Shown: positions 42,543 to 52,309 of the stretch, one piece after another
Layout: every line of letters begins with the position of its first letter
Position numbering within the stretch: position 1 is the stretch's first letter
Source of the DNA: Candidatus Methanoperedenaceae archaeon
GTDB lineage: Archaea; Halobacteriota; Methanosarcinia; Methanosarcinales; Methanoperedenaceae
Assembly (NCBI GenBank): GCA_963753595.1
Contig: CAVWCX010000027.1
Coordinates: 42,157-106,156 of the forward strand
DNA length: 64,000 nt
Direction of reading: 5' to 3'
The notes under the pieces: model-generated
The model's input: the letters and a program-made list of their open reading frames with translations, nothing else
Database searches by the model: none
Told to the model about the DNA's origin: nothing
Program-made: the position numbers and the translations under genes

Positions 42543-44888
42543 ATGGACAGAAAACAAATCAACAGGAAAATGACTTTCAGTACCGCCTTAATAGTTGATA
42601 CTATAAAGTCACTGGCCGGTAAAAAGAAAGAAGGGAAAACACTATGTTCTTATAAGGTCAGGAAATATAAACACCAGCGTGTAATTATTCTTGACTGCAA
42701 GAACTGCAAGTCGGGTTCATCATCTATCACAGATCCAACCTGCAGAGAGTATATTTTCCATATCCTGAACTCAGAACCTGCAGCGAACCGGCTTGTCCTG
42801 TCCCATCTTTTTGACCGGGACTATGAAATGGAAAACCTGGATTTCCTATATCTACTGGCTCGATTCATAAATAATATCCACGAATATGAACATTCAGAAT
42901 TCGGGACTGAATGCGAACAATATACAACCCCGTGGAAAGAATGGCTGCTTTCTATCATAAATGAAAGTACCTCCGACCCGGTAAAAGCATATTCGGAAAT
43001 AAGAGAAAAAATAAAGATACTTCAAAAACCCGATTTTGGACCCGGTATCGAATCAGATATCAAAAAAAATATCCCCTCCAATAAAAAGTTCGAAAAATGC
43101 AGAAATCATTTTTTATCAATATTGGAAATAATGATATCCACTGTACCTTTGCTGGCAGACCGTATAAAATATGAGGGACAAAGTTCAGATTTTTACAGGA
43201 ATACTATTAAATCACTCGTCAGGCCGGGTTTTTCAACATCAAGGATATATACAGCTCCGCCGTCAAATACAGAATTTCTTGAAAGGTATGAAGTGCAAAG
43301 ATCAGGGGGGCGGATCTTGCCAATAACGATCTATAGGCTTACCGACCGACCTGAAAGCCTGTATTTTACGATTCCTGCCGAATATAATAACATGCGTCCA
43401 ATAGAATTGGAAATCATTGAATCAGTTCGGAAGAAACTAATGAGGCACAGCCCAAAGGATATCAATTTTGCGGAATCCTCCAATTCCAGGGAATATTTCG
43501 AAAGGCTTGGGGTCCAGATGATTTCAGAGGAGGCCAGGGAGAAAAATATAAAACTGACCCCGGATGAAATAAACGTTTTATCGGATATACTTTCAAAATA
43601 CACAACCGGATTGGGCATACTGGAAGATGTCCTTTCTGATGAACGCGTTACTGATGTATATGTGAATTCACCGGCTGACATAAATCCCATCCATGTGGTA
43701 GTTGATGGCGAGGAATGTTTTTCAAATATATATTTATCCCAGGATGATATCGATTCCATGATAACACGGTTCAGGGCGATAAGCGGAAGACCATTCGGGG
43801 AAGCAAATCCAGTCCTTGATATGGACCTGCCGCAGTTCAAAACAAGGGTATCAGTGATCGGAGACCCGCTATCATCCGGCGGATTGGCATATGCGTTCCG
43901 TAAACATGCACGAAATCCATGGACACTTCCAAAACTGATAAACACAGGCTCGATCACTCCGCTTGCTGCGGGTTTATTGAGTTTCCTGATGGATGGCCAG
44001 TCTTCTATCCTTGTCGCGGGTGGTGTCGGTTCAGGAAAAACATCCCTCCTTTGCGCTTTGCTTCTTGAGATCCCCCAGAAATACAGGATATTGACTATTG
44101 AAGACATTCCTGAGCTTCCTATTGAAGACCTGCAAAAACTTGGCTGCAAGATCCAGGGAATGAATACAAAGGCCGCAGTTGGTGGAACCAACATCGAGGT
44201 CAATCCTGAAACAGCACTTCGCGCAGCACTTCGGATGGGAAATGCTACACTTGTACTTGGTGAAGTGAGAGGCCCTGAAGTAAAAGTATTATACGAGGCA
44301 ATGCAGGTAGGAGCTGCCGGAAATTCCGTTATCGGTACGATCCATGGCGCATCCACAAGGGCAGTATATGAACGCATCGTCAACAGCCTTGGAGTACCCG
44401 CTGCATCTTTCAGGGCGACGGATGCGGTCATTGTAGCACAGAACGTGAGGGTCAGCGGCACAATGAAAAAGAAAAAAAGAGTTGTTGAAATAGCCGAAGT
44501 TACAGGAGGAGAATGGGAAGACCATCCTGATGCAGATGATATTTTTAATGATATAATGGTATTCGATGCTACCCAGGATAAGCTTGTAGCGACTGATCTG
44601 CTTGACAGGGGAGGTTCAGAGCTTGTGAGTAAGATAGCCCATAAATGGGGTATGGGGATTGATGAAGCATCTCTCAATATAAAGGTGCGGGCAATGATCA
44701 AAGAAACGATCGCAAAAGTGGGCGAACAACATCCCAGGTTTGTGGAATCGGACATGGTAATGAAAGCAAACAATGTTTTTTGTCTTTACCTTGACCAGAT
44801 GCAGGATGATTCAGGAAAAGTGGATTTCCATGGGGTTTATGAAAGATGGATGGCCTGGTACCGTGATTTCGTGGAGACAAACAGGTAA
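42543..44888 (+). CDS. Type II/IV secretion (TadA/FlaI-like) ATPase with a long N-terminal extension
   Basis: GGVGSGKT, TIED.PEL, ALRMG..LGEVRG.E, GTIHG. Confidence 0.93.
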   Translation: MDRKQINRKMTFSTALIVDTIKSLAGKKKEGKTLCSYKVRKYKHQRVIILDCKNCKSGSSSITDPTCREYIFHILNSEPAANRLVLSHLFDRDYEMENLDFLYLLARFINNIHEYEHSEFGTECEQYTTPWKEWLLSIINESTSDPVKAYSEIREKIKILQKPDFGPGIESDIKKNIPSNKKFEKCRNHFLSILEIMISTVPLLADRIKYEGQSSDFYRNTIKSLVRPGFSTSRIYTAPPSNTEFLERYEVQRSGGRILPITIYRLTDRPESLYFTIPAEYNNMRPIELEIIESVRKKLMRHSPKDINFAESSNSREYFERLGVQMISEEAREKNIKLTPDEINVLSDILSKYTTGLGILEDVLSDERVTDVYVNSPADINPIHVVVDGEECFSNIYLSQDDIDSMITRFRAISGRPFGEANPVLDMDLPQFKTRVSVIGDPLSSGGLAYAFRKHARNPWTLPKLINTGSITPLAAGLLSFLMDGQSSILVAGGVGSGKTSLLCALLLEIPQKYRILTIEDIPELPIEDLQKLGCKIQGMNTKAAVGGTNIEVNPETALRAALRMGNATLVLGEVRGPEVKVLYEAMQVGAAGNSVIGTIHGASTRAVYERIVNSLGVPAASFRATDAVIVAQNVRVSGTMKKKKRVVEIAEVTGGEWEDHPDADDIFNDIMVFDATQDKLVATDLLDRGGSELVSKIAHKWGMGIDEASLNIKVRAMIKETIAKVGEQHPRFVESDMVMKANNVFCLYLDQMQDDSGKVDFHGVYERWMAWYRDFVETNR

Positions 44889-44896
44889 GATCATTT

Positions 44897-46840
44897 ATGG
44901 ATGATAAACAGAATATGTATTGCCGTGCCTGCCATTTTTCTGTAAAGCACTTTAGCTGGCTTGTCGGTGACCCTGGAGAATACAGGAAAAAAAGCGAAAA
45001 ATCCGTAAGCAAAGAGTTCCTTGATGCATTAGATTTTTCCGGATTTGAACTTGAACCATGGGAAACCCATATACTTTCATACACTGGCGGCCTTTTATTA
45101 TTAATGTTGTTGGTTTGTCTTGATATTATCCTTTTTAGCATTTCAACGTATGAAAGAAATTCTATAATTTTTGCGGCGGTTTTCACTGCAATTGTTCCTG
45201 TCATTGCAGTGATATACTTGAGTGAGTACCCCAAGATACATGCAAAATTCTTAAGAATCCATACGCTTGGGGATATCCCGGAAATCCAGAGTTATATTGT
45301 AATGTCAATGAAGCTTGTTCCCAATATGGAAAGAGCCATAATTTTTGCAGCTGACAATTCATTCAGGCCGCTTGCAAGGGACTTAAAAAAACTTATCTGG
45401 GACATCCATATTCGCGTATATAGCAATATCGATGAAGCACTTATCGAATTTGCAAACCAGTGGGGCAAGAACAGCGAATATTTCAAACGTTCTCTCCATC
45501 TTGTAAAAAGTTCAACAAGCGAACCGGATGAAGCCCAGAGAATTATGACCCTTAATAAATCGCTCGACATAGTCCTTGAGGGGACTAAAACCATGATGGA
45601 TGCATTTGCAGCTAAACTCAAAACCCCAACTTATGTCCTGTACTCGATTTTCATATTGATCCCCCTGGCTCTTGTTGCGCTGCTTCCGGCAGTCAGCATC
45701 GTTGGCGTGAGGATGGATACTGTGACCCTTGTATTGATCTACAATATCGGACTTCCTCTTGTTACGTTTTTGTATTCCGAATATATTTTACTGCAGCGTC
45801 CTGCCACTTTTTCACCGCCGAACATCTCAGACAAACATCCTGAACTTTTTAATATCGTCTCGACAAGGAAAACTATAATTATTGTCTCATTGATAGCCGG
45901 GTCAGCAGTGGGATTTTCAGGATATATCCTGCTTTATTTTGGCAATCCTTTTAATATTATCTCAAAAGAAGCAATGGCTGGACTGATCTTACCTACATTC
46001 CCGATCGTTTGGGCAATAACGGCGATGATAACGATATATTGCCTCGGAATATATACTCCTTATAAAAAAATACGCGATTCTGTAAAACAGATAGAAAATG
46101 AGTTTGCCGACGCCATGTTCATCCTTGGGAGAAGGATATCAGAAGGCCGATCCGCAGAAGAAGCCTTTTCACACACATCAGAAACGATGAAAGGGGCAAA
46201 AATCGGCGAAGCCTTTGAAGACATTGCAAAAAACCTTACATGCATGAGAACCACATTGCATGGAGCTATTTTTGATGAGGAGTATGGGGCTTTCAAGGAT
46301 ATCTACTCAGACAGGGTACATACAATGATGAAACTTCTGACCGAGAGCGTGCATAGAAGCCATGAGGCTGCAGGCATGGCAATCATAAAGCTTGCTGACC
46401 ACCTCAAGGAATTACAGGAGGTAGAAGCAAATATTAGACGGTCGCTGTATGATGTTACATCCACGATGAGGTCAACGGCTATTATATTTGCCCCGCTTAT
46501 AGCAGGAGTTACGCTTGCTCTTTCCGAAGTGATCCAGAAGATATTGCTAAATATCTCAAAAGAGTCACGAAATTTACCTGATGAATACAGTATTGGGGAT
46601 TTTATGAAAGAAGCAGGAACGGGAATGACCCAGACGGTTCCACCTGATATTTTCCTGCTTGTCGTGGGAATTTATATGATATTATTGGTGATCATCCTTA
46701 CACGGTTTGCTGGCGGGATCGAGTATGGCGATGACAGGCCCCAGTTCATGTACGATCTTGGACAGACCCTGCCCATGTCGATCATGGTGTTCACGGTTAC
46801 GACTATTATATCGAGAGTGATTTTCAGTTCAATGGTGTAA
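44897..46840 (+). CDS. Type IV pilus/secretion membrane platform protein (TadB/TadC/FlaJ-like, two domains)
   Basis: Polytopic; two T2SSF-like cytoplasmic domains (EFADAMFILG..GRSAEEA); 8 bp after the ATPase. Confidence 0.82.
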   Translation: MDDKQNMYCRACHFSVKHFSWLVGDPGEYRKKSEKSVSKEFLDALDFSGFELEPWETHILSYTGGLLLLMLLVCLDIILFSISTYERNSIIFAAVFTAIVPVIAVIYLSEYPKIHAKFLRIHTLGDIPEIQSYIVMSMKLVPNMERAIIFAADNSFRPLARDLKKLIWDIHIRVYSNIDEALIEFANQWGKNSEYFKRSLHLVKSSTSEPDEAQRIMTLNKSLDIVLEGTKTMMDAFAAKLKTPTYVLYSIFILIPLALVALLPAVSIVGVRMDTVTLVLIYNIGLPLVTFLYSEYILLQRPATFSPPNISDKHPELFNIVSTRKTIIIVSLIAGSAVGFSGYILLYFGNPFNIISKEAMAGLILPTFPIVWAITAMITIYCLGIYTPYKKIRDSVKQIENEFADAMFILGRRISEGRSAEEAFSHTSETMKGAKIGEAFEDIAKNLTCMRTTLHGAIFDEEYGAFKDIYSDRVHTMMKLLTESVHRSHEAAGMAIIKLADHLKELQEVEANIRRSLYDVTSTMRSTAIIFAPLIAGVTLALSEVIQKILLNISKESRNLPDEYSIGDFMKEAGTGMTQTVPPDIFLLVVGIYMILLVIILTRFAGGIEYGDDRPQFMYDLGQTLPMSIMVFTVTTIISRVIFSSMV

Positions 46841-46857
46841 AGTATTTCCAAATAGCT

Positions 46858-47048
46858 CACCGCAGAGGACGCAAAGAGCGCAAAGTTCAGGATAATTGTT
46901 CTTTGCGTACCGGTATGAACAAAATAAACAACTAACTCTTACGAATTGAAACGAACTCACGCTACCGGAGTTCGTAACAGTTCGTATTAGTTCGCTGTTT
47001 TTTTCATATTGATTTATAAACCACAGTTAATGGCCAACTTTGCGCCAT
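46858..47048. repeat. Nested palindromic elements: CGCAAAG-type element interrupted by copy 2 of the ACGAACT element (46910-47037)
   Basis: CGCAGAGGACGCAAAGAGCGCAAAG..CTTTGCGTA[CCGGTATGAA..ATGGCCAA]CTTTGCGC. Confidence 0.8.
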
Positions 47049-47108
47049 TTTTGTGTTTAAATATCAATAGGAGGTCCCAAAATACTTTAATGCAGCTATT
47101 ATTTGTCT

Positions 47109-47930
47109 TTACTGCAATTCCAATCTTCCTTCGAATACGCGCTCGGCAGTTCCTTCCATATAGGCTGTATCATCGTCTATTGTAATTCTCAATTCCCCGC
47201 CTTTCGTGTTCACTTTAATTGAATTCCCTGTCATTCCAAGGCGATATGCTATTGCCGCAGAAGCGACTGAACCTGTGCCGCAGCTTAAAGTTTCACCCTC
47301 AACTCCACGCTCATAAGTGCGAATTGTTATTTCATTCCGGGAATCAAGGTGCACGAAATTCACATTCGTACCTTTCGGGAAAATCATATCGTATCGGATC
47401 TTTGGAGCTGCGGGCATTAATCCGGCATCATCAAGTGAATCTACAAAAATCACTGCGTGCGGAACTCCCGTGTTGACCGCAGATACTTCATATCCATGCA
47501 AAGCTACATTGAGAAATTCCCCTGCTCCTTTTGCTGGAATCTGTGTCCTCTGGAATTGCGGTTTTCCCATCTTGACCATGATCCACGTTTTTTCCTCGCG
47601 CCGCGAAGTTATGGGAAGAACACCCGCAAGCGTTTCGACACTTGCTTTATCCTGTATATATCCTTTATCCAGTGCATATTTCACAAGGCAGCGCACGCCA
47701 TTGCCGCACATCTCTGCTTCTGTGCCATCTGAATTGAAAATCCGCATCCTGATATCCGCTATTTCGGATCTTCCGAGAAAAAGCACACCATCGGCTCCTA
47801 TTCCAAAACGGCGGTCACAGTATTTTAATGCAAAACCGGCCTTTTTATTATCATCAATGATCTTTTTATTATATTCATCGATCAATATGAAATCATTTCC
47901 ATTCCCGTGAAGTTTTGTAAAATCCAACAT
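47109..47930 (-). CDS. dapF: Diaminopimelate epimerase
   Basis: HGNGNDF, GIGADG, AEMCGNG, GVPH, ERGV.GETLSCGTG. Confidence 0.97.
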   Translation of the reverse strand: MLDFTKLHGNGNDFILIDEYNKKIIDDNKKAGFALKYCDRRFGIGADGVLFLGRSEIADIRMRIFNSDGTEAEMCGNGVRCLVKYALDKGYIQDKASVETLAGVLPITSRREEKTWIMVKMGKPQFQRTQIPAKGAGEFLNVALHGYEVSAVNTGVPHAVIFVDSLDDAGLMPAAPKIRYDMIFPKGTNVNFVHLDSRNEITIRTYERGVEGETLSCGTGSVASAAIAYRLGMTGNSIKVNTKGGELRITIDDDTAYMEGTAERVFEGRLELQ

Positions 47931-47931
47931 A

Positions 47932-48561
47932 TTATCTCTTTTCCTTCTTTAATGCAGAGGAGATCATCTGGCCTGCGGTCTTTATCATCATATATGCACC
48001 GCCGACTATCAAAACCGGCCCGGCGCCAACAGCTGCTGCGGCAATACCCGCGCTTGCAAGAAGTGCAGTATCCTGGTTAGTAAGGAAACGGGAGACTTTA
48101 TCAAGCGTGGAAGGTTCGATATCCACTGCATCCGTCTCAAGCACTATCTCACCTTTCTGGAATATTTTTATCCATCCGGTTTCTTCAGAGACCAGAACAG
48201 CCGTGATCGTCTCGTCATACAAAGTAATACCTCTGGCTGCTGCATGTTTTGTCCCAAAACCAAGAAGTGTTTCGGATTTTAATATCCTTGCTCCGTATGC
48301 AACCATTTCCCCGTCAGGGGTAAATATCAAGGCCCCATCAAGCGTAGCAAGTTTTTCAACAACAGCATCCATGCCCTTACTGAGTAAATTCCCCGCGAAC
48401 TGGATCTGAGGATAATGAAGACGGTAATTTCCTTCAATCTGTTTCCTGTCTGCAATTACGAAAAGAGCTCCCTGATTATCCTTTGCAAGCCTCTTTGAGA
48501 TATTGAGGATGTTGCGCATTACTTCAGATTTCTTATCCGGGTTATTCTCTGCCTGTAACAT
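47932..48561 (-). CDS. Diadenylate cyclase (DisA_N/DAC) domain protein
   Basis: GALFVI, LDGAL, GTKHAAA, VSEETG. Confidence 0.85.
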   Translation of the reverse strand: MLQAENNPDKKSEVMRNILNISKRLAKDNQGALFVIADRKQIEGNYRLHYPQIQFAGNLLSKGMDAVVEKLATLDGALIFTPDGEMVAYGARILKSETLLGFGTKHAAARGITLYDETITAVLVSEETGWIKIFQKGEIVLETDAVDIEPSTLDKVSRFLTNQDTALLASAGIAAAAVGAGPVLIVGGAYMMIKTAGQMISSALKKEKR

Positions 48562-48634
48562 AGAGCCTACTTATTATTAAGATAAGTTATATGTTTTGGT
48601 AAATTGATTTCGATTGGATTAAAAGCAGCAGGTA

Positions 48635-49342
48635 ATGATGTCTCAATTGCAAAAAAAAGAAAATGTCCGGAATATGTTCGCAGGTATTTCCAAAAGGTAT
48701 GACTTTTTAAATCACCTCTTGAGCCTTGAAAAGGATAAATACTGGCGCCGCTTTGCTGTATCAAAACTGGCGCCGGGCTATATCATTGATGTTTGCTCGG
48801 GTACGGGGGATGTCGCGATAGAAGCTGCAAAAAATAATCGGGTGATAGCCTCCGATTTTTGTTATGAGATGCTGCAATTATGCAGGCCAAAGTTAGAGAA
48901 AAAGGATATAAAAAATGTTAGCTGCATCCAGAATGATGCAGAAAACCTTTCATTCAGGGATGGGACGTTTGATGGCGCAATCGTAGCTTTTGGAATACGT
49001 AATGTCGCAGATATCAAGAAAGCCTTATCTGAGATGAAACGTGTGGTCAGGACAGGCGGCAGGGTTGTTGTTCTTGAATTTTCTGTACCTGAGAATAAGA
49101 TTTTCAGATCTTTTTATTATTTGTATTTCAAGAAGATCTTACCGTTCGTGGGAGCGGTTATATCCAAAAAAGATGATCCTTACAATTATCTTCCCGCATC
49201 AGTGATGTCGTTCCCCAGGAGGAATGAGTTTGTTGAACTTATGAAAGATGCAGGAATTTCACATGTTGAATATTTTGACCTGACTTTCGGGATAGTCACT
49301 GTTTATGTGGGAGATTGCAATGGTGAAATAAGTAAAAAGTAA
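48635..49342 (+). CDS. menG: UbiE/MenG quinone C-methyltransferase
   Basis: [38 protein letters not shown]. Confidence 0.9.
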   Translation: MMSQLQKKENVRNMFAGISKRYDFLNHLLSLEKDKYWRRFAVSKLAPGYIIDVCSGTGDVAIEAAKNNRVIASDFCYEMLQLCRPKLEKKDIKNVSCIQNDAENLSFRDGTFDGAIVAFGIRNVADIKKALSEMKRVVRTGGRVVVLEFSVPENKIFRSFYYLYFKKILPFVGAVISKKDDPYNYLPASVMSFPRRNEFVELMKDAGISHVEYFDLTFGIVTVYVGDCNGEISKK

Positions 49343-49407
49343 AGCGAAAAAATGTGTGCGCTAGGTGGTTTCAGCTTGTACTATACAAATATGGTTGTTA
49401 TGGAGTA

Positions 49408-49627
49408 TATTATACTGACAGCAGCGGAAAGATCCTGCGATATTACCAGCTTGTTGCGATCAACCGCACGATAGAGGCTATTGCGCGAGGACAAGACCGC
49501 ATACTACTGGTCATGGCGACAGGAACCGGAAAGATGTTTACAGCATTCCAGATCATCTGGCGCCTGATCGCAGGCGGACAGCGAGAAGATGATGGAGGCG
49601 GTTGTAGGGAGGATGCTGGCGGAGTAA
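49408..49627 (+). pseudogene. Collapsed type I restriction-modification locus: HsdR helicase fragment fused to an HsdS-like C-terminus
   Basis: [42 protein letters not shown], then in another frame [19 protein letters not shown]. Confidence 0.8.
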
Positions 49628-49671
49628 CGGGAAAAGCAAATAAGCAATTAAAACAATTACAAACGAAATAC

Positions 49672-50043
49672 ATGGATAAAGATGAATGGTTCAAACAAGC
49701 TGATTATGACATGGAAACCGCAGAATTCATGTTCAAAGGAGAACGGTATTTTTATACTGTCTTCATGTGCCATCTATCTATAGAAAAAGCACTCAAGGGG
49801 CTTATCATTCAAAAAAATAAAGAAGCTCCACCCAAAACTCACAATCTGCTTTATCTCATTGAAATTATCGACTTGGAATTACCTGAAGATATGTATGATT
49901 TTGTCTTCACTCTGAACAGAGTAAGCGTTCTCACTCGATATCCTGATAATCTGCAAAGAATGCTGAACGAATACAACATGGATATTACAGAAAAGATGCT
50001 TGGAAAAGGGAAGGAGTTATTAAAATGGTTAAAGTCAAAATAG
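49672..50043 (+). CDS. HEPN-domain protein
   Basis: [30 protein letters not shown]. Confidence 0.9.
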   Translation: MDKDEWFKQADYDMETAEFMFKGERYFYTVFMCHLSIEKALKGLIIQKNKEAPPKTHNLLYLIEIIDLELPEDMYDFVFTLNRVSVLTRYPDNLQRMLNEYNMDITEKMLGKGKELLKWLKSK

Positions 50044-50348
50044 CGGAAGCTATTAAATTCTTTGAGAATTGTTTGAAAGAAAAAGGATTGAAAGTTTCAA
50101 AAATAATTCTATTCGGGTCGCATAGCACGGGAAAAGCGACTATAGATAGCGATGTGGATATTCTGATAATTTCTCAGGATTTTAAAAACAAAGATATTTT
50201 TGAAAGGGCAAGATTGACGAAGGAAGCAGAAATAAACACCATAAAAAAATTCAGAGTGCCACTTGATATTATCACTCTCACTTCTGAAGAATTTGAAAGC
50301 GGGAAATCCCTTATTACTGAATTTGCGAGAAAAGGGAAAGTAATGTAA
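50025..50348 (+). CDS. Minimal nucleotidyltransferase (MNT)
   Basis: LFGS..G..DSDVD; overlaps the HEPN gene. Confidence 0.9.
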   Translation: MVKVKIAEAIKFFENCLKEKGLKVSKIILFGSHSTGKATIDSDVDILIISQDFKNKDIFERARLTKEAEINTIKKFRVPLDIITLTSEEFESGKSLITEFARKGKVM

Positions 50349-50400
50349 TCTGCATGATGCTGGCGGGTGGAGATAACGCATAGAAATAAAATTTTAGCGA

Positions 50401-50473
50401 TTGAAAAACCACAGAGTGCGCAGAGGACACAGAGAACGAAACTCTGTGCTCTCTGTGTTCTCCGTGGTTGATT
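50401..50473. repeat. Palindromic element, CACAGAG/CTCTGTG family, copy 1
   Basis: AACCACAGAGTGCGCAGAGGACACAGAG-loop-CTCTGTGCTCTCTGTGTTCTCCGTGGTT; arms show 9-bp periodicity. Confidence 0.85.
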
Positions 50474-50627
50474 TGATTTACTCTTTTCACCGCAAAAAAC
50501 GCAAAGCATGGGAGCTTTTTGTCATATATTTGCGCCGCAAGGGGGAATTATATCTGCGTTTATCCGCGCTTAAAAAAAGCCGGAATATGCTTTGTCTTGC
50601 TGAAACACCGGCGCCTAAAAAAAGTTC

Positions 50628-50683
50628 ATGAGCTTGAAGCAGGACTCATGCGCTCGCAGGCGGACAGCGAGAGGTTGATGTAA
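50628..50683 (+). pseudogene. Second hsdS-like 3' fragment
   Basis: ELEAGLMRSQADSERLM*; 25/27 nt identical to 49568-49594. Confidence 0.65.
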
Positions 50684-50732
50684 TCTGGAAATCACTAACA
50701 ATTAAGTATTATCAAAATTATAAGGACTGTAA

Positions 50733-51656
50733 ATGAATAAAGAGGATGTCTGTATTTTAATACCCACTCTCAATGAGGGAAAAACAATAGGCGGATTGGT
50801 AACAGAATTCAAATCGATGGGTTATCCCGATATTCTTGTTATTGACGGTCACAGCACAGATGATACTATATCAAAAGCGCAAAGCGCAGGGGCAAGAGTT
50901 GTAGTGCAAAACGGCACTGGAAAAGGACAGGCTATCAGCCAGGCATTTCATTTATTATCGAGTAAATATGTTGTAATGATAGATGGGGATGGAACATATC
51001 TTCCTGAAGAAATAAACAAATTACTTGAACCTGTAATATCAGGACAAGCTGACCACGTTATCGGTAACAGGTTCACGAATTATGAGAAAGGGGCATTCAC
51101 CGGTATTAATCTCTTTGGTAACATGATACTGAACAAGATATTCGGTTTAGCTTATGGGATCTGGCTAAATGACATACTTTCCGGTTACCGGGTATTCAAT
51201 TATAATGCCTATAAACAAATTGAATTGAACAGGACAGGTTTTGAAGTCGAGACAGAAATCACGATCGAATGTGTTAAAAAAGATCTTAAGATAGTTGAGC
51301 TCCCCATAGCATACCTTGCACGAGTGAGCGGCGCGGCCACAAAACTTCGTCCTGTCAGGGATGGTTTCCGGATCGCTTCAACAATATATCTTCTTGCAAG
51401 GACGCATAATCCTTTATTTTATTTTAATTTAATAGGCGGCCTTTTAACTTTGATCGGGATAATTGTTGGAATATATGTCGTAAACGAATGGATGAATAGT
51501 ATAACACATATTCCCCTGATGATCTTTGCGACACTTCTTATTGTTACAGGGATACTGATGTTCATTTTTGCCATCCTCAGTGACCTGATCGTTTCAATGA
51601 ACAGGGAAAATGTGCGGGTAATGCGAAAGATCTTAAAGGAAATTGAAAAACCATGA
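50733..51656 (+). CDS. aglJ: Dolichol-phosphate glycosyltransferase AglJ-like (GT2)
   Basis: LIPTLNE, GKGQA, MIDGDGTY, DILSGYR, GFEVETE, two C-terminal TM helices. Confidence 0.82.
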   Translation: MNKEDVCILIPTLNEGKTIGGLVTEFKSMGYPDILVIDGHSTDDTISKAQSAGARVVVQNGTGKGQAISQAFHLLSSKYVVMIDGDGTYLPEEINKLLEPVISGQADHVIGNRFTNYEKGAFTGINLFGNMILNKIFGLAYGIWLNDILSGYRVFNYNAYKQIELNRTGFEVETEITIECVKKDLKIVELPIAYLARVSGAATKLRPVRDGFRIASTIYLLARTHNPLFYFNLIGGLLTLIGIIVGIYVVNEWMNSITHIPLMIFATLLIVTGILMFIFAILSDLIVSMNRENVRVMRKILKEIEKP

Positions 51657-52309
51657 AGATAGCAATACTTGGAGGTACAGGCAGCATCGGGGAAGGATTT
51701 TCACTGCGATGGGCAGGAAAACATGATATACTGGTTTGTTCCCGCGAAATTGATAAAGCAGTCAATGCAGCAGAAGAGTACACAAATATACTTTTATACA
51801 GGGGGATGCAATGTTGCGGTATTACAGGATGCGGGAACGAGAAAGCTGTTGAAGAAGCTGATGTGGTTGTGCTTTCCGTGCCCTACAAGGGTGTGGTTTC
51901 CCTTTTAGAAAAACTATTACCATCTTTTAAAGATCAGATCGTTATCTCGCTCGTGGTTCCTATGGCCAGGAATGGCATGTTTGAATACACTCCGCCTGAA
52001 CAGGGAAGCGCAGCACTTGAGATACAGGATATCCTTCCTAAAACCGTTAAAGTTGTATCATCATATCATAATGTTTCAGCTAGAAAACTTGCCAAACTTG
52101 AATTGAGTCTTGAGTATGATGTTGTAGTCTGCGGTGATGACAAAAATGCAAAGCAAACAGTTATGGAACTCACACGGGAAATAAAATCCCTTCGCCCTCT
52201 TGATGGCGGTGGTCTTGCATCTTCGTATATGATCGAGTCCCTGACGCCTTTCTTGATAAATCTCGCTATCCGCAATGGGCTTTCTGACCTTGGCGTTAAG
52301 TTTGTATGA
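51653..52309 (+). CDS. npdG: F420-dependent NADP oxidoreductase
   Basis: MKIAILGGTG..G.G, SAA, HNVSA, DVVVCGDD, E.LTP.LIN. Confidence 0.93.
   Translation: MKIAILGGTGSIGEGFSLRWAGKHDILVCSREIDKAVNAAEEYTNILLYRGMQCCGITGCGNEKAVEEADVVVLSVPYKGVVSLLEKLLPSFKDQIVISLVVPMARNGMFEYTPPEQGSAALEIQDILPKTVKVVSSYHNVSARKLAKLELSLEYDVVVCGDDKNAKQTVMELTREIKSLRPLDGGGLASSYMIESLTPFLINLAIRNGLSDLGVKFV

Noticed and set aside
43331-44773. 480-aa antisense ORF, and similar long antisense ORFs at 30255-31214, 11465-12052 and 47317-47910
   Set aside because: They are shadows of well-supported genes on the opposite strand, with Ser/Pro/Thr-rich non-protein-like composition
49354-50043. 229-aa ORF read as an HsdR-HEPN fusion protein
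   Set aside because: Chance read-through across the deletion scar; the HEPN gene has its own ATG at 49672
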